64,000 nucleotides of DNA from Octopus bimaculoides (taxonomy: Eukaryota), in the NCBI RefSeq assembly GCF_001194135.2, contig NC_068982.1, positions 102,083,276 through 102,147,275 on the forward strand, read 5' to 3'. A program made the translations under genes and the position numbers. The notes beneath the pieces are model-generated. The model searched no databases and had not been told where the DNA came from. It worked only from the letters and a program-made list of their open reading frames with translations. This document shows positions 36,632-50,084 of the stretch, piece by piece (within the stretch, counting starts at the first letter, position 1; every line of letters starts with the position of its first letter).

Positions 36632-37165
36632 TACTTTTAATCTGCATGTTTGTTACAGTTACCTGCCGAGATACACTCAGCGTCCTAGGACGAATGAAGG
36701 ATAAGAGATTTTACAGTATGACTGAAAGCTTGAGGAGGGAAAGTGGCAGGGGTAGTAGTGAAATATCTTCATGTAATACAATACAGACATTTAAATTGAT
36801 AGGTTTTTTTCTAAGGATGTGGGCAGTACTTGTCAGCACAATCTTTTGGATTCCTCTGAATCATGGTTCTCCTGGAATCTTATCTAAATGTGTCTGACAT
36901 CCCTTTCTTATCATACCTAGGGCACCCACAATAACAGGAGTAGTTCTCGATTTAAGTTGCCACATATTTTGTATTTCAATTTCTAGGTCCTTATATTTAC
37001 TTAATTTGTCAAATTCCTTTACAGATAGATTTTTATCAGTGGGAGCACTTATATCTATTAGTCTACCAGTATTTTCTTGTCTGTCTTTAATGACTATGTC
37101 TGGTCGATTAAACTGGATCGTTCTGTCGGTGTTGACTGGAAAATCCCAGATGATAGTGACGTTTT
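36631..37165 (-). mobile_element. R4/Dong-clade LINE 3' end (RLE domain, 3' UTR, (TAA)n tail), 5'-truncated
   Basis: ENVTIIWDFPVNTDRTIQFNRPDIVIKDRQENTGRLIDISAPTDKNLSVKEFDKLSKYKDLEIEIQNMWQLKSRTTPVIVGALGMIRKGCQTHLDKIPGEP*…IQKIVLTSTAHILRK; sense 3' end …gcagattaaaagtaaa(taa)n. Confidence 0.92.
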
Positions 37166-37203
37166 CGCCCGGCGTGCTAACGTTTCTGACAGTTCGCCGC
37201 CTT
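37162..37203 (-). mobile_element. SINE family A head (about 40 nt) fused to the R4 fragment
   Basis: Sense ggcggcgaactgtcagaaacgttagcacgccgggcgaaa matches the heads at 10488 and 21722. Confidence 0.8.
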
Positions 37204-37374
37204 GAACGTCACATATATCAAAAGAGATAACAGAAACTTAGATAAGAATATTTCACATTTGAGTTCCTACACTTGATAAATAAAACAATATTTTAATTAT
37301 TGCTACATTCATTCTTTTAATTATTTCCAAGATAAATGTTTTGAACATTAATACAGTGAATTATCAACGTCAGT

Positions 37375-37560
37375 CGATTGGTAGAAACAGTAAAATAGCG
37401 GACAAAATCCACTACAGTATTTTGTTATGCGTGCAGTTCGAATCCCACCGAAGTCTACTTTGCTTTTAATCCTTCCAGATTTAATAAATCAGTTGCAGAG
37501 TCGTTATGATTGACTACACTCCGCCTCAACAATTTCTGACATTATGTCTATGATAGAAAT
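37375..37560 (+). mobile_element. Old, diverged SINE family A copy
   Basis: gcagttcgaatcccaccgaagtctactttgcttttaatccttcc…ataaatcagttg…aatttctgacattatgtctatgatagaaa. Confidence 0.55.
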
Positions 37561-40423
37561 TTAGGAATTTAAATTTTAAATACATTATTGAGTTCAGAAA
37601 TGTGGTATATGTTACAGAGCAAAACAATACGGTTTCACCTAGCCAAGGCCATAACGCGTTTCGAATTTAGCTTGAAACCATTTCTCGTTTCTAATTCTTC
37701 AAATGATCTTAAAAAGAGTATTCTTCCCTTACTTAGTTTGTAAAGATTTCGTTAAACAAATTGTTAATACATTCCAGTATTCCGATATGAAACTCGATTC
37801 AATGATTGGGAGAACACAGCATAACGTTTAGATTGAATTACCTCGCGACTCTTACTAGTGTTTGTGATACATACAAGAGGGCGTTTATAGCAGGTCGCAT
37901 TAGAGCTTCTATGCTTTTAACAGTAATGTGAAGTCACATACGCTCAAATATGTTATTGATACAGTATTTAATCAGTAGTTCCACCCAGTTCTAAAACATA
38001 TATTACTATAGAATTTTATTAAATAACTTTATCTTAGCAAAATCAAATCGTTTGTCTACTTCAGTTTAACCTTATAATTCACTAAGAAATTAACGCTAAT
38101 TTAAGTGAATATTAGATTCTCTATAAGACCGTAATGTAAACAAATGAATACCGCGAGCTATGATCATGTATCAGATAGCAATGGTATAACTGAACTTAAT
38201 TATAGCAGGTCAGCGGAGACTAAGACAAGAATATGAAAGCATAAAATGGTTCTATTAGCTGTAATAAACAACTCAGAATGTGTTTAGTGAGGCGAAGGAA
38301 CACTTCAAAACTATATATATATATATATATNNNNNNNNNNNNNNNNNNNNNNNNNNNNNNNNNNNNNNNNNNNNNNNNNNNNNNNNNNNNNNNNNNNNNN
38401 NNNNNNNNNNNNNNNNNNNNNNNNNNNNNNNNNNNNNNNNNNNNNNNNNNNNNNNNNNNNNNNNNNNNNNNNNNNNNNNNNNNNNNNNNNNNNNNNNNNN
38501 NNNNNNNNNNNNNNNNNNNNNNNNNNNNNNNNNNNNNNNNNNNNNNNNNNNNNNNNNNNNNNNNNNNNNNNNNNTATATATATATATATATGCATATATA
38601 TGTGCGTTTATATATATAGGCATGTATGCGCTTGTGTGTGTGTGTGTGAATCTACACTGTTTTCTGTTTTGTGTGTTTGCTATTTTTTATATCATTTTGC
38701 CCCAAACCACTCTTTCGGTAAAAATGTCTATATTCTTAACAGCTGTGATTAGTATATCAGTCTAAAGTAGTCTAGGACGATCATATGTCTATTGTCATTT
38801 ATTTACAAAGCGTGAAATTCAAGATTTTCATATAAGTATTTATGGGGCCAATGGAACTTATATTAAATCTATTTATCGGCCTACTGATTAAAGGAAGCTT
38901 ATGTCAATTATTTTTATCGTGAATTTAAATTTAGAGAATTCTTTTCGTGATTTGGTTATACAAAAAGCAGTGCTCATAAATTTTTTTTAAGAATATCTGA
39001 GAATAGCAAAATCATTCTGACACCTAAAAACTGGTTCAAATGCTTCCATGGGCCAGTTTAGTGTGTTAAACCAGACAAAAAAAAATTATGTCTTTTAATA
39101 GGCATGAATAGAGACAGTCCTACCAACGGACTTCCGCTGTTTTCATCGACTCATTTTTATTTTAAAAAAAAGTTCTTAGTACAAGCAAGTCTGTGTTTGA
39201 AGACACTTATCCAAAATGCCAAACAATAGAGTGGAAATGGGAACCACGTTATTGTGATACTAAGTTCTTAGTCACACACTCATCTGTGGGAAAACATGGT
39301 GTGTTATCGCACAAATGCGCACGTAGTCCATTCTGCATTGCGAGTCATCTCCGGAAGGTGCAGCATGTTCAGTTCCAACTAAATAAATTGCTCACGTTGT
39401 TGCACGCTGCTTTTGTACTTGTTACCACTGATGTTGCTTCTACAGAGATATTGTTGCTGTTGTTTACCAACACGACATCCCTCATCGAGTAGATTTATGA
39501 TCTAAATCATGCTAGCCGTGACTACCTAAACATTTTAAAGTATAGTTTATCTAAAATTATATTATCCACTGTGTTTCTCTTCTCTTAGGGCAGCAAAATG
39601 TGATTTTAAAAAGACTTGACAACAGCACGGCACTAATGAGTGAGACTGTTTAGTCGAGCAACCAATCTTCATCACACTTACATACTGACATTAAGTGTTA
39701 GAGAAGTATACTCTACAGAGAGAGGAACATGTAAAGGGAGCTCGTTATATTTCTAGAATTATCGATCTGGTCCACATGAATTAATAACACTTCGGGAAGA
39801 TGTAGGCTATAAAATACGAAATTAATTTTAAAATAAAAAGTAGTCTGCCGTGAGACAAAACACATATAATTTCTAATTAGTAGAAAAATTGTCAGTGACT
39901 TAGTGACCTTTACAATCCTTTAGAATAAACTCCCCAAACTTCGTTATTCATTAAATTAAAACTATTTCTCGGTTTGATCGATAAGCTACTGAAATGTGTG
40001 TGTGTGTACGTGTATGTGTGTGTGTGTGTGTGCGTGTGTGTGTGTGTGTGTATGTGTGCTTGTGTCCGTGTGTATACACAGACACACTTATACACACACA
40101 CAAATGTATGTGTGTGTATTTATTTATAGTATTTGAAGTCATCTCATGTATTTACAAAATATGTATATAAGTCTGTATGGTGTTTTTATATGTATGTGCA
40201 CATTTGTTTATATATACGCATGCATATGCATGTATATATACATATATACATAGATATGAAAGTTTATATATATTAAGCATATATCCATTTATATATGAAT
40301 ATATACATGTATATATATATACATATCCACCATATGTATATATATATATATATATGTATAAATGTATATATATGTATATATATGCATATATTATATATAT
40401 GTATATATGTGTGTAGATATATA

Positions 40424-40496
<73 letters not shown>

Positions 40497-41087
40497 TTAC
40501 GTATGTATGTATGTATGTATGTATGTACGTACGCACGCACGCACGCATGTATGTATGTTCGTATGTATGTATGTATGTATGTACAAACATAGACAATAGC
40601 TTCCGCCTCAGAAAATATAGTTTATTCTATAGAAAATATATGTACGTAAAACTAATCTGTCATCCAATATTTCACATAATAATTTAATTTCAAAGCAATA
40701 TTTATTTTATTTTTTATTCATTTGAATTTATTATATTTTATTACTTTCTTCTTTTCAGATTTACCGACGAAGCGTGTTGTACTTTTACGTGTCAATTTAA
40801 AAGCTACCTTTTATGAACATTTAATGCGTTGCAAGTCAAGCTACTGTTTTATACTCACCAATACTGAAAAATATAAGATAGGACTCACTTGTGGCACATA
40901 AATCTCAAATGATTTTTTTTTTCAAGACAGCTGTTTACGTTTTTGTTTCTTTCTTTAAGTTTTCTTAATTTTAACTAAATAAACTTCGGATAAATATAAT
41001 TAATGTTTACTGAGATAAATCAAGTATTTATGAGCCGCTCATTTCTCACCCTTCCTCCTCCTCCTCCTTCTCCTCTCTCTCTATCTA

Positions 41088-41214
<127 letters not shown>

Positions 41215-41613
41215 TTCTTATTTCATTCAGCGAGTAGTTTATCAATTTAAAAGTCTAAAACTGACTTGAGAATTGTTCAAATTAATAAGGAAAGATACAA
41301 AAATATACAGATAATATTGATGATGATGATGATGATGATGATGATATGACAACGACGACGACGAGGAGGAGGAGGAAGATACTAATAATAATAATAGAGG
41401 CATGCTACTAATAATGATTGACAAGAGCATTTTTTATATAGTTTATTAAAAATATAAATTTAATTACTGTTCCCATACGCATTTGTATATACACACATAT
41501 GCTTAGATACATGTACATATATATATTGAAAGTTATGTATATATATGTGTGTTTATGTTAGCCTTCGTGTGTAAGAGTACGCGTGTTTTCGAGAAAGAGA
41601 GAGACAGACAGAT

Positions 41614-41667
<54 letters not shown>

Positions 41668-41839
41668 CGTATGTGTGTTTTTTATTTTGTTTGCAATCAT
41701 AAAATTTGAATAAAAGTCAGGTTTAATATATGGTCGTCCTGACTGTGTGATTTGAACCGCAAAGTTTTATCTGACTGACCACTTCAAAGTGTATCTTTCT
41801 TTTATTATGCCAATAAATGTGACTTCCGATAAATAAATC

Positions 41840-41906
41840 TAAATTATTATTGTTATTATCAGTATCATTATCATTATTATTATTATTATCATCATCATCA
41901 TCATCA

Positions 41907-41952
<46 letters not shown>

Positions 41953-42010
41953 TATTATTATTATTATTATTATTAATGTTATTATTTTTATTATTATCAT
42001 TATAATTATA

Positions 42011-42044
<34 letters not shown>

Positions 42045-42070
42045 GCATCATTATCATCATCATCATCATG
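41840..42070. repeat. Compound (ATT)/(ATC) array; similar triplet arrays at 51145-51332 and 61845-62155
   Basis: Directly visible; source of the poly-N/D/I/H pseudo-ORFs. Confidence 0.95.
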
Positions 42071-44337
42071 TTTATCGCTACCCTCAAAATTATTATCGCT
42101 TCTTAGATCGAAAGAAAAATAGAAATTTTTTGTCACATTTCAATTAACTATTAACAAGCGAAATATATAAATCACAGCTCATTAAATTGGAAAAGATATA
42201 TTGCCCTATTTAGTGACAAACGGATTTATATGACACAAGGTTCATAATAGTATTGAAACAAGCTATACAAGAGTTATCTCTATTGGCTCATGCTTCATTC
42301 ATGTCTGATAAATAAGGTAACTTTGACCTCCTTCTGTCTATGACAATCGGAGATGCAACAATTGAAGCGTAGCAGAATTTAAAACTGTGTTGGAATTTTC
42401 TGGGAGTTGTGCAGACACTAGAATATCACATGACAGTAAGAACGCATACAATATCCACTTAAGGTATTGATCTTTTATTTTAAATATTAAAATATATATA
42501 AAAGAAATTAGATCAATATTGATTCTTTATTAAGAACGTTTTTTTCTGATTTATAACAAAAACACATTGGGACGTGGAAATGGTCGTGCTTATCAAAAAA
42601 ACCTTGTAAACGAGGGAAGTGAAACAACTGCATTAGGAAGACGCAAGCAAAATAGCCTATCTGATTCACCAAAACCTTTCTGCTGCTTTATAGTGATAAC
42701 TTCTCGACAAATAATAGTGTTTGTGATAGCTTTTGACAAGTACGAAAGTCCCGTCTTTTAGAGTATGGATTCGTTGACTGTTATGAGGTTCGGGATAATA
42801 CAGAATCATTAGATATATTACTGAAATTGAAGCACTTCAACCGGGAATCAGATGTGAGAATTTCACCAGAAAATTCATTTTTGCGCTTAACACCCGCCTC
42901 AAAACGGATAATATTTCTTATAATATCTTCTATATTATAAGGTAGATGATATTTATCATGATATAGATGATAATAATATATATATTATAATATCAGATTC
43001 GAAAAAGTATGTATGAAAAATGAAATCATGGCGTGTATGCCTTTCCAATGGACATTAGCGTCTTGATGGAGTTGGTGTTCTTCAGAAAATCGATCGCAGG
43101 TTGCGGACTTCTGTAGACGATTGATTTTCCCCTCTTCTAAACGGTGAACAGAAGGCAACAGTGGTCACACGAGAGTTCTAAAAGGAGCAGATGACAGGAT
43201 ATGGACGCAATTTTATAGACCTTCTTTTATATCTCAGAACTCCGGGTCCAAATCATTTTTTCACCCAAAAGGCATTTTTTTCCCAATTTCAATCTTTTCT
43301 TTCCACACCCACTCTCCAAAGCACCAAAATCAATATTATCTTCATCAATAATACACGATTCATGCAGTCGATTGCATGTGTGCATGTCAGTCGTGACACT
43401 TCAATGTTATTTATCATCGTCGTCGTCATCATCATCATCCTCATCATCATCATTATCATCATCAATTCATCATCATCATCAATTCATCATCATCATCAAT
43501 TCAGTAATATCAGCAGCAATATCCCCGTCATTCAACCAGAATTGTCAATCTCATACAAGCCTCCCTTGCATTTGTCCTACAGTTTGTTTATGGCTGTGTT
43601 TTCGACACTTGAGAATAAAGTGTTTACCTAAATAACGTGGTAAAGCTTCTAGTTAAGTGCTTACGCGTTTGAATATATGCGTCTTTACACAGCATTTATT
43701 CATTATATATCTCAATAACAGCAATAAAACTTACATAGTTTATAGGTTCTTACAGCGGATTTTTAATTTTAAATCATTTTATGTACATATTTATGTATAC
43801 ACAAAGAGAATAAGCTCCAATAAGCCAATTTCTTTAATGTATGTAATAACTATTTACGTATTATCACGGTCACTTGGTGTATTAACAGAATTTCAGACAA
43901 TGAGTTGCAGTAATTCAGGCTGGTTAGCAGCCGCATCACTCTCCCAAGTCTGGGAGATTTGGTTAAGATAATAGTCACTACCCTTACACTTCTGATAAAT
44001 TTTGCGATATCAATCTACGTTACAAATATATATGATCTTCTAGTTGATTTGCTACAGAGAGTCTTTGTGAAAACGCAATACCCAACGAGCAAGTCAGCGT
44101 TACTGGAGATTGGGTGTTTTTTTTTATAAATTGTTTTGATATATGTAGTTATTCTCTTTATGGTGTACCTCATCTTTGAATTTACATTTGTATTTATGGG
44201 TTTGTGAAAACGTATTTATTTAAAAATTATTTATAATGAAAATATAAAATATCTCTTTCCCTTCACTAGGAGTGTGGTAAATTTTGCCCGAAATTCAGAA
44301 GCAATTCGCTTCTCAAGACTATATCTTGTAACCTTCC

Positions 44338-44393
<56 letters not shown>

Positions 44394-44622
44394 TTCTCTC
44401 TCTCTCTCTCTTTCTCACACATACACATACACACACACACACGCACACACTTTCTCACACACACAGTACGTCTCTTTCTCACTCTCCCCGCTTTTCTGTT
44501 CGCTGCTACTATCTATGGGTTTACTTGCCAACAACCTATCTCAGATAAAGAGCAAATGCTGTAAAGGTAAGATTCAACACACCTCACAGAAGTTGAACTT
44601 TCCGACATTTACAAGAAATTTG

Positions 44623-44709
<87 letters not shown>

Positions 44710-44772
44710 CATACATATATATATATATATAATAATAATAATATTAGGGACAAAATCCAAAATTACAGGTAA

Positions 44773-44814
<42 letters not shown>

Positions 44815-45589
44815 ATGTATATATATAGCCATCTTACGAAACTACTTATTAATAATTCTCAGATGAATATACATTCTTCGTTATTCATTTCACTTCATTT
44901 CGTTAAGATATTAATATTACTATGCTTTTTTCGCAGGGAAAATTAATTAACAAAGCCTTTGTTGTTAATGTCCTACTATTGCTTAATCAGAGTACAGCAG
45001 ACAATGACTGTGATTTACTCTGCTAATAGTATAAAACCATGGCTTTCATTGACTCTGGATGACTAGACAATTTCGCCGATCATACCTTCTTATATAAGTT
45101 TTAACATAAGAGTTTTAATGTTTATATTCCTCTCAATATCACTTCAAAGAAATACGTTAGTTTACTCTTACTGCGGAAATTGTAGGGATTTCTTCCGTTA
45201 AATATCACCGCATAGCTTACTTTTAACAGTTAACTATATATCTTAAGAATAGATTTTTTTTTTCTTTTAGGTTCTATTATGATCGAAATTTCCTGATTTT
45301 ATTCCCTTATAAATAATTATTTGCTAATTCGCATACCTGATTTCACATGAAAAATACTGCCAACTATGAATGAAAAGCGAACAGAAGTTAAATAATCTTA
45401 GTCATTATTACATGAAAAGATTCAAGTATAAAAGAACATTCAATTTTCTTTACTATTGCTACTTACTCTTCTCACTCGAATGTAAAGTAATTAACTCTCA
45501 GTACCTTAACCTAATACGACTCAATAATTCTTCATCCGAGAAGTTCACGTTTCCTTCAATTCGCTATATTCACTGCAGAGTTGTTGCAG

Positions 45590-45780
45590 TTGTTATTTAG
45601 CCCCAGGTCTGAACCATGATGAAAGATGTTCCTGCCGTGACCATCTTATCGTTTAATCCGACAAAATTTATCTTGGATTATACGTCAGAACGCGTCATTT
45701 TCTTTTTCAGATGATAGAGTGTAGTTTTGTAGAGATTCACTTACTACTTCTAAGAGGCTCCTTAATTGACTCGTTTCTCC
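45590..45780 (+). repeat. Diverged interspersed repeat ('family E'); second copy at ~50860-51085 on the minus strand
   Basis: gttgttatttagccccaggtc…accatgatgaaagatgttcctgccgtgaccatc aligns with the reverse complement of 51020-51082 (gttgttcttaaaccctagtt…actatgatcaaaggcctctcaaccatgactgtc). Confidence 0.45.
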
Positions 45781-45845
45781 AAAGTAAATATAATAAGGCA
45801 CGTATATGCATATGGCTTCTACTTGCTGCAGATGTATCATATAGT

Positions 45846-46162
45846 GTGGAGTTGCAATGGCCCAGTGGTTAGGGCAGCGGACTCACGGTCATAGGATCAC
45901 GGTTTCGATTCCCAGACCGGGCGTTTTGAGTGTTTATTGAGCAAAAACACCTAAAGCTCCACGAGACTCCGGCAAGGTATGGCAGGCGAACCCTGCTGTA
46001 CTCTTTCACCACAACTTTCTCTCACTCTTACTTCCGGTTTCTGTTATGCCTGTAATTCAAAGGGTCAGCCGTGTCACGCTGAATATCCCTGAGAACTACG
46101 TTAAGGGTACACGTGTCTGTGGAGTGCTCAACCATTTGCACGTTAATTTCACGAGCAACAAC
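45846..46162 (+). mobile_element. SINE family C with shortened 3' end, (CAA) tail and 10-bp TSD
   Basis: Head gtggagttgcaatggcccagtggttagggcagcggactc…ggtttcgattccc; ends …ttcacgagcaacaac; TSD ATCATATAGT at 45836-45845 and 46163-46172. Confidence 0.9.
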
Positions 46163-47099
46163 ATCATATAGTAGTATCATAGTAGAATATATATCTCTGG
46201 TTTAAGCAACATCATTTTTCAACAGACGTAGAGATACTTTCTCCTAAAGTAAAACATATAACAATTTGTATTTTCCTGCTATGTTAAAGATACATATTTA
46301 CGAACAAATATCAATCAGAAAAGCTTTCTTCGAATACAGATCCATTTTTTCCAATTTGGAGTGATTGCAATCAAGAAAAGATTGGTACTTTCCCATTGAA
46401 GGGAAAAAAAAAAAAGGATTCAAAAATAAAAGCTAAATGAAAGAGAAAGGAACGAGAAATAATTAGTTGGTGTTTCATATTTAGATATTTCTCTCTGTTC
46501 CTGAAATGAAAGATTTATATCTTAGATTGTCATATTTTGAATCGAAGAAATGATTCTTTGATAGAAACAACGTCCTGGGGATAGAGGTTAAATTGTAATA
46601 GTGCGATAAATTCTGATTCGATTGATTGTCTGGGGGCAGAATTGATCTTATATTCATACAATGGTATACAGTTCGTTTAAATATGGTAATTATATAGATA
46701 AATAAGTAGTTATATACGAGAGAGAGAGGGGGGGGGCATTATGTGTGCATGTATGTGATGCGCTTCTGTAGATGGTAGAAGGGTTCCCCTCCCCCACCAT
46801 TGGTATCACGAAACGAAATTTAATGGTTACGGGTAAACATTAAAAATTTGCTGTGTTCAATGGTTATATAAGTAGATTTAATAAGAACTCTGGTACACAG
46901 CGAAAGTCATATATCCATTCCGTCCCATAGAATCTACCAGGTAGGTTCTGGTTTTTGCTTTCATCTTTTCTGCATCCTAAACTGTGATAGGAAATAATTG
47001 TGTAGAGTACAATCATAGCGTCCCGGATAAATCTATCAGACAGAAATCATTCATAAAATTATATTTTTTCAAGCATATTTTCTATTATCACAGCACTTC

Positions 47100-47372
47100 A
47101 GTGGGTTCAAAGGTTGTGAGTTCGATTTCGGATGGAGCGATGTATCCTTGAGTAAGGCACTTTATTTCACGTTACTCCAGTCCGCTCAACTGATAAAAAT
47201 GAGTTGTGCCTGTAATTCAAAGGGCTGTGCTCTTGTCACACTCTGTGTCACGTTGAATCTCCCTGAGAACTATGTCAAGAGTACGCATAGCTTTGGAGTG
47301 CTCAGGACGTAAATTTCACGAGCAAGTTGTTCCGTTGATCGGATCGACTGGAAACCCTTGTCGTCATAACCG
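47100..47372 (+). mobile_element. SINE with family C 3' half but a different 5' half
   Basis: Head ggttgtgagttcgatttc…tccttgagtaaggcactttatttcacgttactccagtcc; from tgcctgtaattcaaaggg onward it matches family C through gttccgttgatcggatc. Confidence 0.75.
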
Positions 47373-47910
47373 ACACACACACACACACACGCATGTTTTA
47401 AGGTCTATTTTATGTGCTTGCGTCAACAAACCTGTTCTTCACTCATATTTTGATGAACTCTATCAGGAAACATGAATGCCGTCATGGAGAATTATCCTGT
47501 GCCGATGTCAATGAAGAATATATATGTATTATGTGAATAACATATAGAAGACGGTGCTTCCTTTCCATTTACCAAAGTGAATGGAGCTTTGGCCAGCAGG
47601 AACTGATATCATCAGACGGTATCAAACAAACATCTGAAGCGCAATTCTCTCTCGTTGGTGGATCTGTAGAGGTGGGCAAATTGCTGCTCCATATCACCCC
47701 CTGGATTCCAGGTTCATTCCTATTTCTTCTTCCATCACCAGCAAGAGGTTCTTTCTGCTTCCTCGCCCAGGTGTTATCGACACACACAGAAATACACACA
47801 GGCAATCACACACAGGCAATCACACACACACACACACACACACACACTTACTCACACATACACATACGCACATATATATGTATATGTGTGTACATATATC
47901 TATACATATA

Positions 47911-47995
<85 letters not shown>

Positions 47996-48490
47996 AGATG
48001 TAGATGTATAGTCAGAATTTGGATAAAAAAAATATTTATTCAGTGCTTTCGTGCCTTCTCGGGGATTCATTATTATTCATGAGGAATCCCTGAAAGGGAC
48101 AAAAGCGCTAAATAAATACTTCTTATCCAAATCCTGACTACCTTCTTTTTCTTAATATATAAAATCTATACACCACTTCAAACAATCTACACACACACGG
48201 ATTTATAATTATATATATACACGTATGAAATTTTTACTTTACATATTGCTTATCATATATTTTAAATATCTGGATATTGCGTGTATATCACATATATCCT
48301 TATCTAACCTTGTAGGTAGCTTATTATTGCTAACACTCTCATTTAACAGCCTTGTGTTTGTATGTATCTGTACCTACATATGTCTGCATATATTTATATC
48401 TACCTATATCCTATGGTCCACGTACGTTATATGTAAGTTTGTGCGACTTCATACTGCATTCCGTCACTGTGCACGTATGTAATGAATACG

Positions 48491-48562
<72 letters not shown>

Positions 48563-49017
48563 TAGATAGATAGATAGATATACACATCCTTTATGTATAA
48601 GTGTGTCTGTGTGTGCGTGTGTATTGAAAATTTATACAGCTTTATACACACACACATATATATACTTATACGCACACGCACATAAATAGGTGTGTGTACT
48701 TGGAGTTTGCTTGAAGTGTTGCGCAATATATGAGAAATAGGGTATTATAGAATGCATAACAATGCAGTTTGAACATTAAACATCTATAACTCACAACAGG
48801 CATGCCAAACTAATCGGACGTATATTTTTCTTACTCCTCGCCTTAAGAAATTTTTAAAGGTGTATTTCCCTAGAAATATAAGGAATAATGAAATATATCT
48901 ATTGTAACGTAAAGTTTTTTTTTCCTATCGTTATGTTTGATGTTTAGCGCTTTCCATCAGCATTGTTATGGCACTTCAGCGTTCTGCAGCACACTTTTCA
49001 TTTTATACATACATGCA

Positions 49018-49064
<47 letters not shown>

Positions 49065-49603
49065 GTGTGTATACGTACATACATACATACGTATGTGAAT
49101 ATATGCAAATGTATATATGCGTGTGCATGTATGAACACGCATGTGAATAAAATACACATACACACACACACACACACATACACACACACACTCACACACA
49201 TACACACACATAGGCGTATCATTATGAACTGTTTTTAACCATAAGAAGGTCACAACGCAGGTCTCAGAGCGTGCGCACTCAACATACATGCGCACACAAA
49301 AATAAGTATAGATGGTTGAATATATATATATCAATTGTTAATATTTATATTATCTTTATATTTGCTCTGTTTTGCTTACATTATAGATTCTTGCTTCTAC
49401 AAGCCTTATCTATTCAATCATCCCCATTATTTGGCCCCAATAATATAAGTTCTTTCTTTTTAAAAAGCCTCACCGACCCCCAGCAGCGCTACCCACACGC
49501 AATCCACAACATTCACAGCCACTATTAATAACACTTCACACAAAATCTTTTTATCCCAAAATAGAACACCGTTTTCTCTCTTTCCTTCTTTTTTCTCTCC
49601 CCT

Positions 49604-49648
<45 letters not shown>

Positions 49649-49658
49649 NNNNNNNNNN

Positions 49659-49691
<33 letters not shown>

Positions 49692-50084
49692 TCATGCATG
49701 CATATATGTATGTTTGCATGTATATTCTTCCGAAGCACACTCATAGTGCCGCACGCAGTATTATAAATAGAATCTCCATGTTTCCATGCTCAAAGACCGC
49801 AGATTCGGAACAGAAATCAACCATTGTGAGGAATTGTACTATCAATTCCTTCAATAAAAAGATATAGATATGCCGATGTAAGGAATATACTCACAAAAGC
49901 AATATATGGAACAATATGATATGCTCAGAAACAGTCATTGTCTACATGAAAATATATTGCACAATTTAAACCACTGCAAAAATTCAGATATCACAAAATA
50001 TCAGCAGCAAAATACATGTTTATTGTATATCTAACATTCTAGCCATTTGTGTGTGCGATATATCATATTATATTATATTATATA

